Assembly (NCBI GenBank): GCA_964016885.1
Contig: OZ024749.1
Span: forward strand, 46,996,001-47,060,000
Reading direction: 5' to 3'
Length of the DNA stretch: 64,000 nt
Source: Eledone cirrhosa
Taxonomy: Eukaryota
The position numbers and the translations under genes are program-made. The notes under the pieces were generated by a model that worked only from the letters and a program-made list of their open reading frames with translations, had not been told where the DNA came from and ran no database searches. How positions within the stretch are numbered: the stretch's first letter is position 1; each line of letters starts with the position of its first letter. Positions 14,344 through 28,963 of this stretch are shown piece after piece.

Positions 14344-17300
14344 GCGTGTATATATAGTAATATGAAAATAATTATTGCTCATTTCCTGCACATGCTTATG
14401 TAATATCAGTAGATCTTCCTATCGTATGTATCTCTGAATTATAACACCAATATGAATGATCATTATATCAAAATAGTGAGTACTATACGCTGTTTCTGTT
14501 TCTCTATGTCAGATACGTCATACAAAACACCTATAATCTATTGATGCTCTAGACGTTTACATGCAACATAATTAAATGTACGAGATTGTGTGATAAAGTT
14601 ATCCATTTGAAATATTTTATGATTGATTAATTCAGTTTTAAGAGAGATTTTGACCCGGCTGCCAAGCAGCAAATTAAAAGTTTTCAGCAATTACTATTTC
14701 ATACTTTCTTATAAAACACAGAGAATTGGAAATCATGCACGGTGTGTTTTTTCCTGTATTATTTGTTGTCTAATGAGAGGCCTGGTGAAATGCATGAGTT
14801 CCTGCCCCATTTTATATCAGGGTGTGTGTTTGTGTAGAGTTGCTTATAATATGAATATTGTAACGTGTAATTTGCATAATTATAATTTAAATCTGGTATG
14901 TGAGGTATATTTGGCATGTTCAATTCACAATTTACTCAAATTAGGTATGATTTCTCATATACATGCATCATATAGATGCTTGTGAAAAAAATACATATTT
15001 ATAAAAAAATATTGGAATTATAAGTGGATGTGCCTAAACCACATGTAAATATTGATATTCCTTGTTTATTAACTAGAATAGAATTATCCGCCTAACAATA
15101 GAATATAAATTACTGAAATATATGTATATATATATATATGTATATATACAAAAGCATAGGAATTACATTTTGTTACCATCATCACCTCACCAAAGTAATT
15201 TTGAAAAAAATATACCGAATCAATAAAGCCGGCGACAATAGTTTCATTATATTCTTAAGGTCGTACAGCTATACACTGAATGCAGAGATTTAGTAGTATG
15301 TCTCCTACAAATAGCATTTGCTTTTGAAAGTTATAAACTAAATTAGTTAGAATACAAGCGTCACAGAAATATAAAATATGTCTGCAATGCCAACAAAAAT
15401 ATCAACATCATTGACCTTTAACTTCATCAAAGTAACAGACGGAAGACTCACAAGAATAACATTGTATATAACTTATATTCCGCATCATATTTCCTAGATG
15501 ATCGACTTCAGAATTCATGTAGTCATTAGGCTGATCTTTTGTTGTAATTCATTTTTTTACGTTAAAGAGAGAATCGTCCGAGACAAATCCACTAATGAAT
15601 CACTCATAAAACCTAATGTTTGTTACACAAAGTCCAGTACTTAATGAGGTAAACATTGAAAAGAACATCTACTGACATGAATTAAATGCAAATAGAATAC
15701 TAATGGAAAGAGACTGATATGAATCAGAATGTTGTAGTATTTCCTGACAACATCATCATCCCAACATTGATAAACAACAAGTAATATATAGATTTTCTGT
15801 ATTTGTATGGTTGAAGACACAGTACAATTGTGACAATGTTGTTACTAGAATTATGATGGTTGGTATCACTAATTAGGTGACTGGGGTTGTTAATTTGAAC
15901 ATTATCAGTTTTGGTGAATTAAAAGTTATAAGGATAATTTGAACCACTTTTCATCGAAAATAATATTGTATGCGGAGATAATCCCTGTTATTGAATGAAA
16001 GATGCTTGTAATTATTTTTATTCTGGTAGTTTGTTGTGGACAAAAAAACAACATCGGAAGGTAAAATCATGCTTAAACGATTCATTGAGTAGAGGTTATA
16101 AGACATGAAGGACATTTTAAAATAAAAAAAATCGTTGAAGGTATGATAAAAGAATCAAAGGGAACTACTATTTAAAGGAACTACTGGGTAGAGTGCAGTA
16201 ATGTACTTTGGAATAGAGGCTCTTAGTAGATGCTTTACTTCGTTAACTGAATTATCGAAGTTTACTTCTGATAATACATATACATTGAAGACAACTTCTT
16301 TCATATATATGATTCCATCTTTACATAATGGCACCCAGATTTTGAGTAAGTATGATACGATTTTGGTGAATTGCATGATTTTGCATGTATCATAAACCTT
16401 TTACAGTCAGGAAAATATTGTAAATAATCTTGTTAACCAAGATTTCATATAGCTGTTGGTTTGTCACCGCTACGCAAACATCTTGGAAATTATTCTCGCA
16501 ACCTAGACGAAGGACTTAGTGCTACAATACACCATTAAAACTCGCCGGGATATATATATATATAGGGGCGGTACAGATTAGTAAAAAAAACACCTTCATC
16601 TCCTCCTATCTGTGAACCCAGATGAACTACGGTTTTTGCATGAAACATATAAAGGTTATGGTGCCAATCGAATGTCAAGCAATAATAGTGAGCGTAAAAA
16701 CATCAGTATATTTCATTTAGGAAATGCAATCTTGCGCTCCAGATACTTTGCGGATTCCCGGAGTGACATGATTGGAAAATACAAATGGAAGAAATTGTTA
16801 GTGTACCTGCTTAGTTCCAATATCCGTAAGTATTTGTACTATCAACAGAAATCAATAGTCCATGAGGGGTGATAGGACATGTGTGCTGTCCTAAAGCGCC
16901 GCCCTATCTCTAGGTTAGAAATGCATGATATTAATGTATTTCACGTTTTGAAACAGGGTAGAATATCATTATCAATATAGCCAACACCCCGCCCAACCCC
17001 AACACTCCCACCCCTACGCCACCGCCACCACCACCCTCTCCCGCCACTCCGACATATGCACACAAAAATGAATGCATATACTATATGAAACCCCATAGAT
17101 ATGTATATACTCGCTCACATATCATTGTATATCGGTTTACGTTTTCCCCATCGCTTTGTCCCTCTCTCTAACGCTGTAATATAACACACGTGCACATTCA
17201 AACATATTCACATATATAGGTATATGTGTGTGGGTGTATGTTGTTTGCGAGGGAGGCATAAGTGCGTGTATAAGAGTTTCATTGTGTATTTATATATTTT

Positions 17301-17587
17301 GCATGAATGGTACAGGAAGTTGCATGTAAGATGGTACACTGAATTATATATACTTTATAGGTTAATATAAATAACGATGATTTATACATGATCCCAGATA
17401 TAATGAACCGCTTAGTGTGAACAAATGCATTCAAATCATAATAACATATAGGCACCTATACACACTTATATACATAACTATTCTCACGCACACAAAGGTA
17501 TTTGTACCTATATCTACTATTTATATATCTGTATGTTCATGTGTGTGTTTATAGTTTCCTGTATACACACATACATACACCCATATA

Positions 17588-17637
<50 letters not shown>

Positions 17638-19428
17638 TAAGGGTGTGTGTGTGTGTGTGTGTGAAGGGAGTGTATGTGTGTGGGTGTGTACACACAGGTA
17701 TTCACATACAAGTATAAAGACATACATCACATGTAATATATTTACGATGAGGCTAATAAGCAATATAACTGAATAAAGAGCAAAGTAGTTTTATCGAATA
17801 TAGTTTGCCTAATATAATGGAAACCAACTAATACTCAACTGACATTTGCTTTTACAAGATTAATAAGTTTCCTAATGTCAGATATTGAATTATGATAATT
17901 TTTCATAGTGTTTTGTATTTAAAGTATAGTTCGTGCTGCACATAATGTATTATAGTGATTTAGCAACCAGTGTAATTATTGATGAGAATATTTCGTATAT
18001 AGAACAATGTCTAGTAAGTTAATTATATATTATTCTATTGCCTTTTGTCGTTCTTGACAAACTCGCTATTGTATAAATCTGATTTATATTATTTTATATA
18101 ATTCGTAGTGTCTACTTTACGTTTTACCCCTACGGGGTCGAGAACTCAAGTACCAATATAGATGTTTGAATCAAACCAATTGAAATCTCCACATACGCTT
18201 GTAAAAAGAAAAACCAAGGAAAAAAATATTCTAGTAATAGGAAACAAAGTTATTATTTACCAAATTTATCTTTGTTAGTTCTACGAGAATACTTCCATTC
18301 ATGATATAATTTCTCGAGCGAGTCTTTCAACTCTTCAATTATTGGTTTTTCCTACTTTATATGAGGCAATTATTTTTATGAACCTGCAATTGTAGATGCT
18401 TTCATGTTCTACTAAAGCAGGCTACGTGCCTTCGATTGAAAATGATATATTATTTCTCTAACGCAAACAATTTTATTTTATATGGTATATTACAGTTACT
18501 GACAGTTAAAATCTCCGTTATTAAGAATTCACATATTTCGATTCCTTTGTTTGTATTGGCATGTGAATGCGTTGCACTATGGATAGATGCGGGAATATCA
18601 CATCTAACCTCGTTGTAGAAAACAAAATGAATAAATTAATACCTTGCAACCCATGAATAAGGAATGTAATATATAGTATTATTGGAATAATAAAGTAACC
18701 TTTGCCTTGAGTGAAACGTAGAAATATATATATTCGCTGGAATATTTGAATGCTGACCCTTTGTAACAGAGAACATTTAAATGTTAACAAGCAATGCATT
18801 ACTCGTCTATAGTAAACTATTTTACGATCTCCAAGACAAAAGTAATTACCTATGCGCTGTGCTGAAAAGGAAGACACAAACGGCAACGGATAAAGATAAA
18901 TTAAACCCTTTTATATTACAACAAACACGATCAATTGAAAATATGAAAGTGGTACAACTATATGAAGATAATGTGAGAGGGGGTATATTGTGGGGGGATG
19001 GAGAAGGTGAGTGCGAATGAAAGAGAGAGGGAGAAAGAGAGATAGAGAAACAGAGAGAGAGAGAGATCATGTGTGTATGGAACACAGGGCTTCTTTTTGA
19101 AGCCTTATTGTTCCTTATCATATATACAAGGGTTGTATGTATCTGATTTCGAATGATGACGTATATATTCTAATTTGAGCTTTAATAATGAAAGTGAACA
19201 ATATGCATATAGCAATATAAGGATGTTGGTTAAATGCAAAATAAATTAGTACAATGTTTCAAACATATCGTACTACAGCAAGCAATCTGAATCTAATGGC
19301 GTGGTCTGTGAATTTGGTTCACGAACGAATCTCAAAACACAAGGTTGTTGTCACGGATAAGCTACTGAAATTCAATCTAGAGGGTAATTTTGAGTGTTGC
19401 AGGTTTCGCCTAAGGGTCTAAGTAGAAG

Positions 19429-19963
<535 letters not shown>

Positions 19964-20751
19964 TATATATATACACTACAGTTTTGGTGAGTATTAGTTG
20001 TTTATGTTCATTATGCTACATTGGGCGATACAATATTAACTCGTTATCAATGAGCAGAGAATTAACTGATTAGCGTGGCATAAAATTGTATTTCTATGAT
20101 TGAAAGAAAAACATGAAGAGAACTAAAATGAACAGAGCAAACTAAATAAATGGAACAAGATTAAAATGAAAAGAAAGCACGAATGCTGAATATTAATTTA
20201 TACTGGGAGCTGTTTAGATCAGCTTTAATTTTGAGTAAATTCTGAATAAGATTCACGTTGAGTTGATAAATATATTTTGAAAATGAAATATGGCATACAG
20301 CTATGGCAAAAACATCGAAACATATATTTTATAGTATGTGTGATAAGCTTCTAAAGCAATTCCTCATCACGGTTTGTTTCGAATATTAGCTCGTATATTA
20401 GGAAAACATCTGCTTCAATTTTCAAACCAATTGAAAATTATGAAAGTATAGGATTATGATTGAAAGTGAGTCATGGCCGAAAGGCTATCCACTACAACAA
20501 AAGCCCAAGAGGTGGAACAAAAATGACTGACAATGGTAGTAATGTTTGTTGTAATATGACATTTTCTGCAAAGAATATTATAGTAACTGATTAGTGTGTT
20601 AGTGTGTGTCTTCGTGAGTAGATATTTATTTCTTTAACTTGATGTATTTGGACATGACTTCAGTTACTATATTATTCTTTGCCATATTTTATTATTCAGT
20701 ATTTACTCAAAATTGTAGCTGATCTATACAGCTCCCAGTATAAATTAATAT

Positions 20752-20800
<49 letters not shown>

Positions 20801-20803
<3 letters not shown>

Positions 20804-20984
20804 CGAAGGAAATGTGGTAAGGAACCAGGTGGACCATAACGCACCAAAGTACTCAATACTTAGGGTAGTAGAGTGGGTAATATGAACGAGTACGACGCCG
20901 ACGGCTGAGCTCAAGCCTTTTCGACGGCTGTCCAGAATTAGCCGTCGAAACGGCTTGAGCTCAGCCCTCGGGGTCCTACTCGTT

Positions 20985-20988
<4 letters not shown>
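20801..20988. mobile_element. Family A fold-back copy, internally truncated
   Basis: Same tail and arm ends as 13729-14123; junction near 20930; TA flanks. Confidence 0.88.
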
Positions 20989-21043
<55 letters not shown>

Positions 21044-21046
21044 GCA

Positions 21047-22100
21047 TATAAAGAATGAATAATAATAAGAGGTAGACATCATAAAAAGCTAACTTATTCC
21101 GAGTGCTTACAAATGTTTCAACAGTAGTTATACAGCCTAGTCATGCTACGTGCAAATTGGTAATTATTTGCAGAACTCCATTTTCAAATGCTGCTTCTAC
21201 CGTTTCCTCAGAGCAGAATGGTTAAAATGTAAATACCCTTGTATTTCTTAAAGTAAGTTATTGGGGAAGATAGAGTAGAAAAGAAAAAGAGAAAGAAGGG
21301 GAGAGTGAGAGAGAGAGAAATAGAGATAAAAACATAGATAGAGAGAGAGTGAGATGTATAGATAGATAGATAGAGTGAGAGAGAGATAGAGAGAGAGAGA
21401 GATGTACGGGTGGGAGAAATGGGAGAGAGTGGTTTGAAGAATACAGATAGCTTAACCAAAATTATGTGGTATGGGTGTTATTATACTGTTTGCTCTCAAA
21501 GTGAGAACTTTTAGTATTGTGTTGATATAGTTAATTCCAAACTTGACTATATCAACACAATAGCTAAGGTGGTCACTTTGAGAGCAAACAGTATAATAAA
21601 ACCCCTACCACAATATTTTGATTAAGCTATCTGTATTCTTCAAAACACTCTCTCCCATTTCTCCAACCCCCACATCTCTCTCTCTCTGTCTCCCCTATTT
21701 TCTCTCTTACTTTTCTACTCTATCTTCCCCAAAAACTTCCTTTATGAAATACAAAGATATTTACATTTTAAACATTCTGCTCTGAGGAAACGGTGGAAGC
21801 AGCATTTGGAAATTGAGTTTCTGCAAATAATTAGCAATTTGCACATAGCATGACTAGGCTGTATAACTACTGTTGAAACATTTGTAAGCACTCGGAATAA
21901 ATTAACTTTTTATGATGTCTAACTGTTATTAGTATTCATTCTTTATCTACACTCCGGAATACAGAAGGATCAGAAACTGAGTTTCTTCAACTATTCTTCC
22001 ATAACTCGTTGAGTAACCCCTCACCGTACGTCAACTCTAACTAGTTTAGAAATTAACCATTACTGCATTCAGGATAATCCCAAGCATTTCTTGCATAACC
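21047..22100. mobile_element. Family I large fold-back insertion (arms ~21047-21534 and ~21543-21950, plus possible tail)
   Basis: Arms are mutually reverse-complementary with scattered mismatches; starts next to a (TA)n tract. Confidence 0.8.
21778..21890 (+). ncRNA. Type I hammerhead ribozyme with a ~85-nt stem II domain (family I); mirror copy at 21104-21215 on the minus strand
   Basis: TGCT-CTGAGGA-AACGGTGG...CTACTGTT-GAAA-CATTTG-TA-AGCA; internal hairpin TGCAAAT..ATTTGCA. Confidence 0.78.
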
Positions 22101-22159
22101 TAATATATATATGTAATTATATCAAGGAAGTATGTTTTGAAACAGTGAGCGAGTTTGAA

Positions 22160-22437
22160 ATTAGAAAATATATAGCTTTCACAGTATTTTGACTAAAGGA
22201 ACTTTTAGCTTGATAACGGGGTTTAGAACCCTCAGGTAAATAGAAAAAGATGAGTATTGACGTACATGAGTATTGACGTACATGGGAGTCGAACCCACAG
22301 TCGAACCCAGATGTGGCTCACAATCCCATGTACGTCAATACTCATATTTTTTCCATTTATCTGAGGGTTCTAAACCCCGTTATCAAGCTACAAATTCCTT
22401 TAGTCAAAATACGGTGAAAGCTATATATTTTCTCTAA
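22160..22437. mobile_element. Fold-back element with a tRNA-like B-box near its centre (family H)
   Basis: Arms ~22160-22286 and ~22325-22437; minus strand GTGGGTTCGACTCCC at 22284-22298; 16-bp tandem duplication in the left arm. Confidence 0.7.
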
Positions 22438-22439
22438 TA

Positions 22440-22549
<110 letters not shown>

Positions 22550-22580
22550 TACATATATGTATATATATATATATGTATAT

Positions 22581-23272
<692 letters not shown>

Positions 23273-23289
23273 CCTATATATATATACAT

Positions 23290-23323
<34 letters not shown>

Positions 23324-24672
23324 GCACGCATTGGCGCGTGTGTGGGTATCTATGGGTACTTGTGCGTGTGTGTTTTGTGTGTCTGTATATTTGACTCAAC
23401 TATGAATTCAAAGACGTGATACCACTAGAATATTAAAATGATAAGAACTCCTTGAAAGTCTACACGAAACAGTTAACATTCTTTAATCTTGTAACATGAC
23501 GATTGAATGCTTTATCGGGCAGTCAGTCAGTCAATATATGAAACAGAAATAATATATTTGGACAACTCACAGACATTCTAATTCTGACATCTACACCTGA
23601 GGAACCTTTTCCGTAATCGGGAAAATAAATTCTCCGTAATTTATACTCCATCATTTTCCCCAAATTATCAATCAAGTTGTAACGACGAAGCCATAGGACT
23701 AATTTGGATATAAATGCTCGAAATACACGAAAGCCTTCCATGAAAATTATCAATCATATAATATAAATATTTTTTTTAAATGTCTGTGTGTTTCTGTGTA
23801 CGTCTGTCGTGTACATATATGTGTGGGTTTGTTTCTAAATGTCTACATTCTTACTTACTTATCCCCCAAAAATTTGATCCGGCAACGAGAAACAATATAA
23901 TGTCTCACTTAAAACAGGAATGCAATTTTTAATTGGAATCTCAGAAATTGTTTAGAAATCACAGCATGAACTCTGAAAAGAGCAATTATTTAAATGTCTG
24001 TTTTATTTCATCTGATATTAATAATTGTGATCTGCCTAATTTTATATGCAAATATATCTGGCATATTAGCCAAATCAATGCGGCAAATAAGTAAGAAATT
24101 GTCGCATTCCTTATTATATATATATTACTATCTTGTCTAGTAATAGAGCAACGTTTGTCTGGTGTCATATTTCATGACGTCAATACAATTATCTATTGCC
24201 TTTGTTCGATTGAAGTTATAGTACTTTTAGTTCTGCTTGCGCGTCTGAATTATTCTAATATTTTGAACTCGAATGGACAGAAGCATTAGACAAACACTGT
24301 CACTTAATTGCAATCAATAAATGGCTAAATCTGCTTAAAAGGGTAGCATACTGTCTAATTAAAATCTGTACGGTATATTACTATTTTGCTGATTTCACTA
24401 TGTCTGCTACGACTATGTTTTGCAACTGATCTGGTATCAATCGATCATATCAATCCAATACTAATTTCAATTTATCCGATGCATATTTTATTGACAAGCA
24501 TTTATTGAAACGATAATAGTTGGATTTGTCATAAATGGAAGTAGTCACTCTACGTAGAAAATATCAGAGACAGAAAAAGGCTAGCATATTTACGCAAACA
24601 AACCCACATACCAACATATATGTACACACACACACATGCACGCTCACTCACACACACACACACGCATATATA

Positions 24673-25436
24673 TTCGTATCTATACGAATACCAGGTACAA
24701 ACGCCTAACAGAACTAAGATAATTTTTGCTCAAACACAAATACCCATCTCTACTTATAGAAAATGGCATACAGCTGGCTATAAAAATACCTATACAGCAA
24801 CTTAGAACAACCTAAGGAAGAAGAAACCAAGAACTGGTCATACCATTTATAATGACACACAACCCATGTCACCAGAATATCTTCAACACTGCCAAAGCAA
24901 ACCTACCGATCATTGCTCAAAGTAATGAATTAAAAGGCTTAATCACAGATCGATCTTTGACTCTTAGTAAAAGACAGCCAAACAATTTGAAGCAATTACT
25001 AACAAAAGCAAAGTTTGACTTTAACAACAAAGACCAATCATTCACTGTATCTAAATGCAATGATAGTCGATGCGGCACATGTCAATCCATACACGCCGGT
25101 CAATATATGAAAACAAAAATTGGAAAAATATTCCCAAATGCAAATATGAACTGCAAAAGCAGAAATCTAATTTACTGCATTAAATGCCCGAATTGTGAAG
25201 AATTATATGTCGGTCAAACTGGAAATGCACTATCGGAACGTGCACGGGTACACCGTCAACAAATCAGAGACCCAAATGTCCGTCAGATACACCTAAGCGG
25301 CCACCTGGCAACATGTGGTCAGGGAATATTTATAATATTCCCATTCTACAAATTACACAGCCCAAGTGAAATCAAGAGAAAAATCAAAGAAAATAATGTT
25401 ATTGATAAATTCAAACCCAAGCTAAATGAACAATAA
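24673..25436 (+). pseudogene. PLE (Neptune-like) RT-thumb, Zn linker and GIY-YIG remnant
   Basis: KYPSLLIENGI, IPFIMTHNP, KRQPNNLKQLL, CNDSRCGTC, NLIYCIKCPNCEELYVGQTG..LSERARVH, KFKPKLN. Confidence 0.92.
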
Positions 25437-25608
25437 TAACGTTTAGGGGTACTACTTCTACTACCACTATGACCACGACCACTAACAACAACAACAGCAA
25501 CAACAATAATAATAATAATAATAAGTGATGTTGATGGTGATGATTAATAGAAAATGCTATTTTCATCATTTCTAAACATAGCAAAACAATTGATGCTTTG
25601 GATATGAT

Positions 25609-25760
25609 CATTGGTCGTTAGCATGCTCAACCAGTTGTGACGCTTAAACCAATCAGCTTTAGTAATTCAGTGAGGCTACACACTGATTGGTCGAAATACA
25701 GTTTACAGGGCTTAGCATTCTGGAGCCACTTTTCTCTGCATAACATGTATAAAAGGTAGG
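25609..25760 (+). promoter_or_regulatory. Putative pLTR promoter: CCAAT boxes and TATA box
   Basis: CCAAT/ATTGG near 25610, 25649 and 25686; TATAAAAG at 25748-25755, about 60 bp upstream of the HHR. Confidence 0.5.
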
Positions 25761-25817
25761 CAATTTACCCATCTTATTACAGTAGAAAATTGCAAACTCG
25801 ACTGTCACCACATATTA

Positions 25818-25856
25818 TGAACCTGAAGATTGCGAAAGCATGAAAGTACTTGTTCA
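25818..25856 (+). ncRNA. Minimal type I hammerhead ribozyme in the PLE pLTR
   Basis: TGAAC-CTGAAGA-T-TGC GAAA GCA-T-GAAA-GTAC-TT-GTTCA; palindromic AGTACT stem III; AATAAA at about 25929. Confidence 0.85.
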
Positions 25857-26026
25857 ATTAACACTTAGAATTTAATATTCTATCATACTATTTCATTATA
25901 ATAGCATTATAAATTTTAAAGGATTGTAAATAAAACGAGTAAATCAGACAAAGTTGCAATTCCTCTTATTAATATAATCTTCTATACACAATCATACACA
26001 CCCGTGTATATTTACCTATCTATATC

Positions 26027-26098
<72 letters not shown>

Positions 26099-26155
26099 GA
26101 GAGAGAGAGAGAGAAAGAGAGATAGAGAGAGACCGAGAGAGAGAGAGAATGAGAG

Positions 26156-26192
<37 letters not shown>

Positions 26193-27117
26193 CCACAGCT
26201 GTGCAGAGTCCAACCGATACCGGAAAACAGTTTTTCAAAATGCAAATTCTTTTCCCTATTTATTTTCCTGAAGTAAAGGAACAGCAGATGTGTTGTCCAA
26301 TTGAAGTCTAGATAAGATAAGCACTAAATCGGTGTATGAGCTATCGTACATATCGCTTTATTTTCAGGATGACATTGATTTCTCTGAACGAAGAATAATA
26401 AAACAACCACATGCAAGGAAGTAAATAAACTATTTAACGTATAACGTTGGTAAACTATAAGCCATACTGTGTATATTATATCCGGTTGTCTAATTACTGC
26501 TACACAACATCCTTTATAAAGGTTTAACTAATAATTATACATTGGGAGAATCGCTTGATCTAACATTTGAACATAATTCCAGGTAGTGTATTCAATACAT
26601 ATATTCAAGATTCAGTATTTGAGATATTCAGCTCGTGTTTAACCATGATTATGCGCATACTGTTTCAACAACATGTTTATCAAACATGCCATTAACAAAG
26701 CGTGTTTTTTCTGACATAGAGAGGTTTGCATTATGATGCTATATGTGAAATATAAATTATAAACTGACGTTGATATAGGATATTCAATGTGTTACCAACA
26801 CCCCAGCTTGATTATACATGTACTTGTTTTTCAAATATAATGTTCCCACGAACAAAGACAAATCTCAAGGAAGTGCTATGACCAATGTGTAAAGCAGATC
26901 TATATGTGATCTACAGTTACTGTGAATCAAACATGGTAAATATCGCGTATGTTTAATCCATATACACTGTAGAATGAAAGGGAAGTGTTATGTAATTATT
27001 TTGCATGAATATAAAATAATATTCCTGTTACGAGGAATCCAATTCGCCCGGTTATCTATTGTTGTTAACATAGAAACAGATGTTTCTTCTCTTTCTGAAT
27101 GTTATCAAAGACCCAAC

Positions 27118-28772
27118 AACACGATTTCTTTTGTTTTACTACAACACCCATGTACATAACAATTACACACATTACCTTTCAGTACACTAAATCAAATATT
27201 AGTGCCATATTAGAACAACTCGTCACACGGTATAGTCTAGGACACATCAATATGTATATTATTTCTCTAGAAAATGATAATTACATTTAATTTCCTTAAG
27301 AGATGTAATACTTACACACCCTCAACATATTTTAGCATATTTATATAAAGATGTCCATCGAATCATATAAAATCAAATATCGGCCCCGCAAAGAAATAAA
27401 AATCAGGCATTTTGGCTGCCTAGGGTGTCACCTTATACATGTATAGTCCATCTCGACGGGTGATGTGTCATTATATTCTCTTTGTATTAAACAAACAGAT
27501 TTATGTACATAATATTTATGAAACGTGCGTTACATGATTAATGTATATATATATATATATATAAATATATATTTCGTATCTCCAAAGAAATACGGTTTTA
27601 AGAAGCACTAGCTATGCAAAACCACTTGCGACTGCTGGACTAGAAGACAGGCGAGAATACATAGTTTTCTTGCCTGTGTACATGAGGTGATCAATCTCAT
27701 TTGCATATGAAGCTGCATAAGTTGGCTCAACTTATAATAAAATAGAAATAGGATTTCGCTTCAAGCATAGCTTCATACAATATATATAAATAGTACGTAT
27801 TGTCAAATAAATACGGTTTTAGGAAGCTGTAGCTAACATACAGTGAGAGACTAACACCTTCTGGTGATGTCCAGTAGAAGCAAGGAGGACAACCGTCTAT
27901 GCATTTCAGCCTTAACTGACCATCGTCAGCACGGTCCCTCTCACTGCTTGCGACTGCTGGAGTAAAATACAGGCGACAATACATAGTGTTCTCGTCTGTG
28001 TAAATGAGGTGATTAATCTGATTTGCATATGAATCTGCATAAGTTGGCTCAACTTATAAAGGAAAAGAAATAGGATTTCAGCCAATTTATGCAGCTTCAT
28101 ATGCAAATGAGATTAATCACCTCATTTACATAGACGAGAAAACTATGTATTCTCGCCTATCTTCTAGTCCAGCAGTCGCAAGCGGTGAGAGGGACCGTCC
28201 TGACGATGGCCAGTTAACCCTAAATGCATAGACGGTTGTTCCCCCTGCTTCTGCTAGACATCGCCAGAGGGCGTTAGCCCCCTGTGTTTGAATAGCTACG
28301 GCTTCCTAAAACCGTATTTATTTGGAGATACGAAATATATATATATATATATATATATATACATTAATCATGTAACGCACGTTTCATCCATATTTTGTAC
28401 ATAAATCTTGTGTTTAATAAAAAAGAGAAAAAGAGAGATGGACTATACTTTCATAAGGTGACTTCCTAGGCAGCCAAAATGCCTGATTTTTTATTTATTT
28501 GCCGGGCCAATATTTGATTTTATATGATTCAATGGACATCTTTATATAAATATGCTAAAATATGTTGAGGATGTGTAAGTATTACATCTCTTAAGGAAAT
28601 TAAATGTAAATATCATTTTCTAGAGAAATAATATACATACTGATGTGTCCTAGACTATATAGTGTGGCGAGTTGTTCTAATATGACACCAATATTTGATT
28701 TAGTGTATGCAATGGTACTGTGTGTAATGTTTATGTACATGGGTGTTGTAGTAAAGCAAAGGAAATCGTGTT
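27118..28772. repeat. ~1.65 kb imperfect inverted duplication centred near 28080, containing tandem HHR units (family J)
   Basis: 27118-27590 is mirrored by 28310-28772; internal partial tandem at 27570-27800 and 27800-28080. Confidence 0.88.
27892..27935 (-). ncRNA. Minimal type I hammerhead (family J); degenerate plus-strand copy at 28194-28236
   Basis: ACCGT(G/C)-CTGACGA-T-GG(T/C)C AGTTAA GGCT-GAAA-TGCA-TA-GACGGT; ATGCAT palindrome. Confidence 0.75.
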
Positions 28773-28895
28773 AGGCCCCGGGGTTTGAATATCTACGGTT
28801 TCCTAAAATCGTATTTCTTTGGAGAAACGAAATATTTATACATATTGTATAAAGTTGCTTGAAGGGAAATCCTGTTTCTTCTCAAATATATATTT

Positions 28896-28963
28896 AAACG
28901 TTATGTTAATGTATGTTAAGTTTACAATTAATTGTAAACTTAACATACATTAACATAACGTTT
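28896..28963. repeat. Perfect 68-bp palindrome with no spacer
   Basis: aaacgttatgttaatgtatgttaagtttacaatt|aattgtaaacttaacatacattaacataacgttt. Confidence 0.95.

Noticed and set aside
15650-16500. Minus-strand stretch with faint LRR-like or GPCR-TM-like peptides (NNIVTIVLCLQPYKYRKSIYYLLFINV)
   Set aside because: Many stops and similarity too weak to call without BLASTX
22284-22298. tRNA gene
   Set aside because: Only a B-box/T-arm fragment; no cloverleaf
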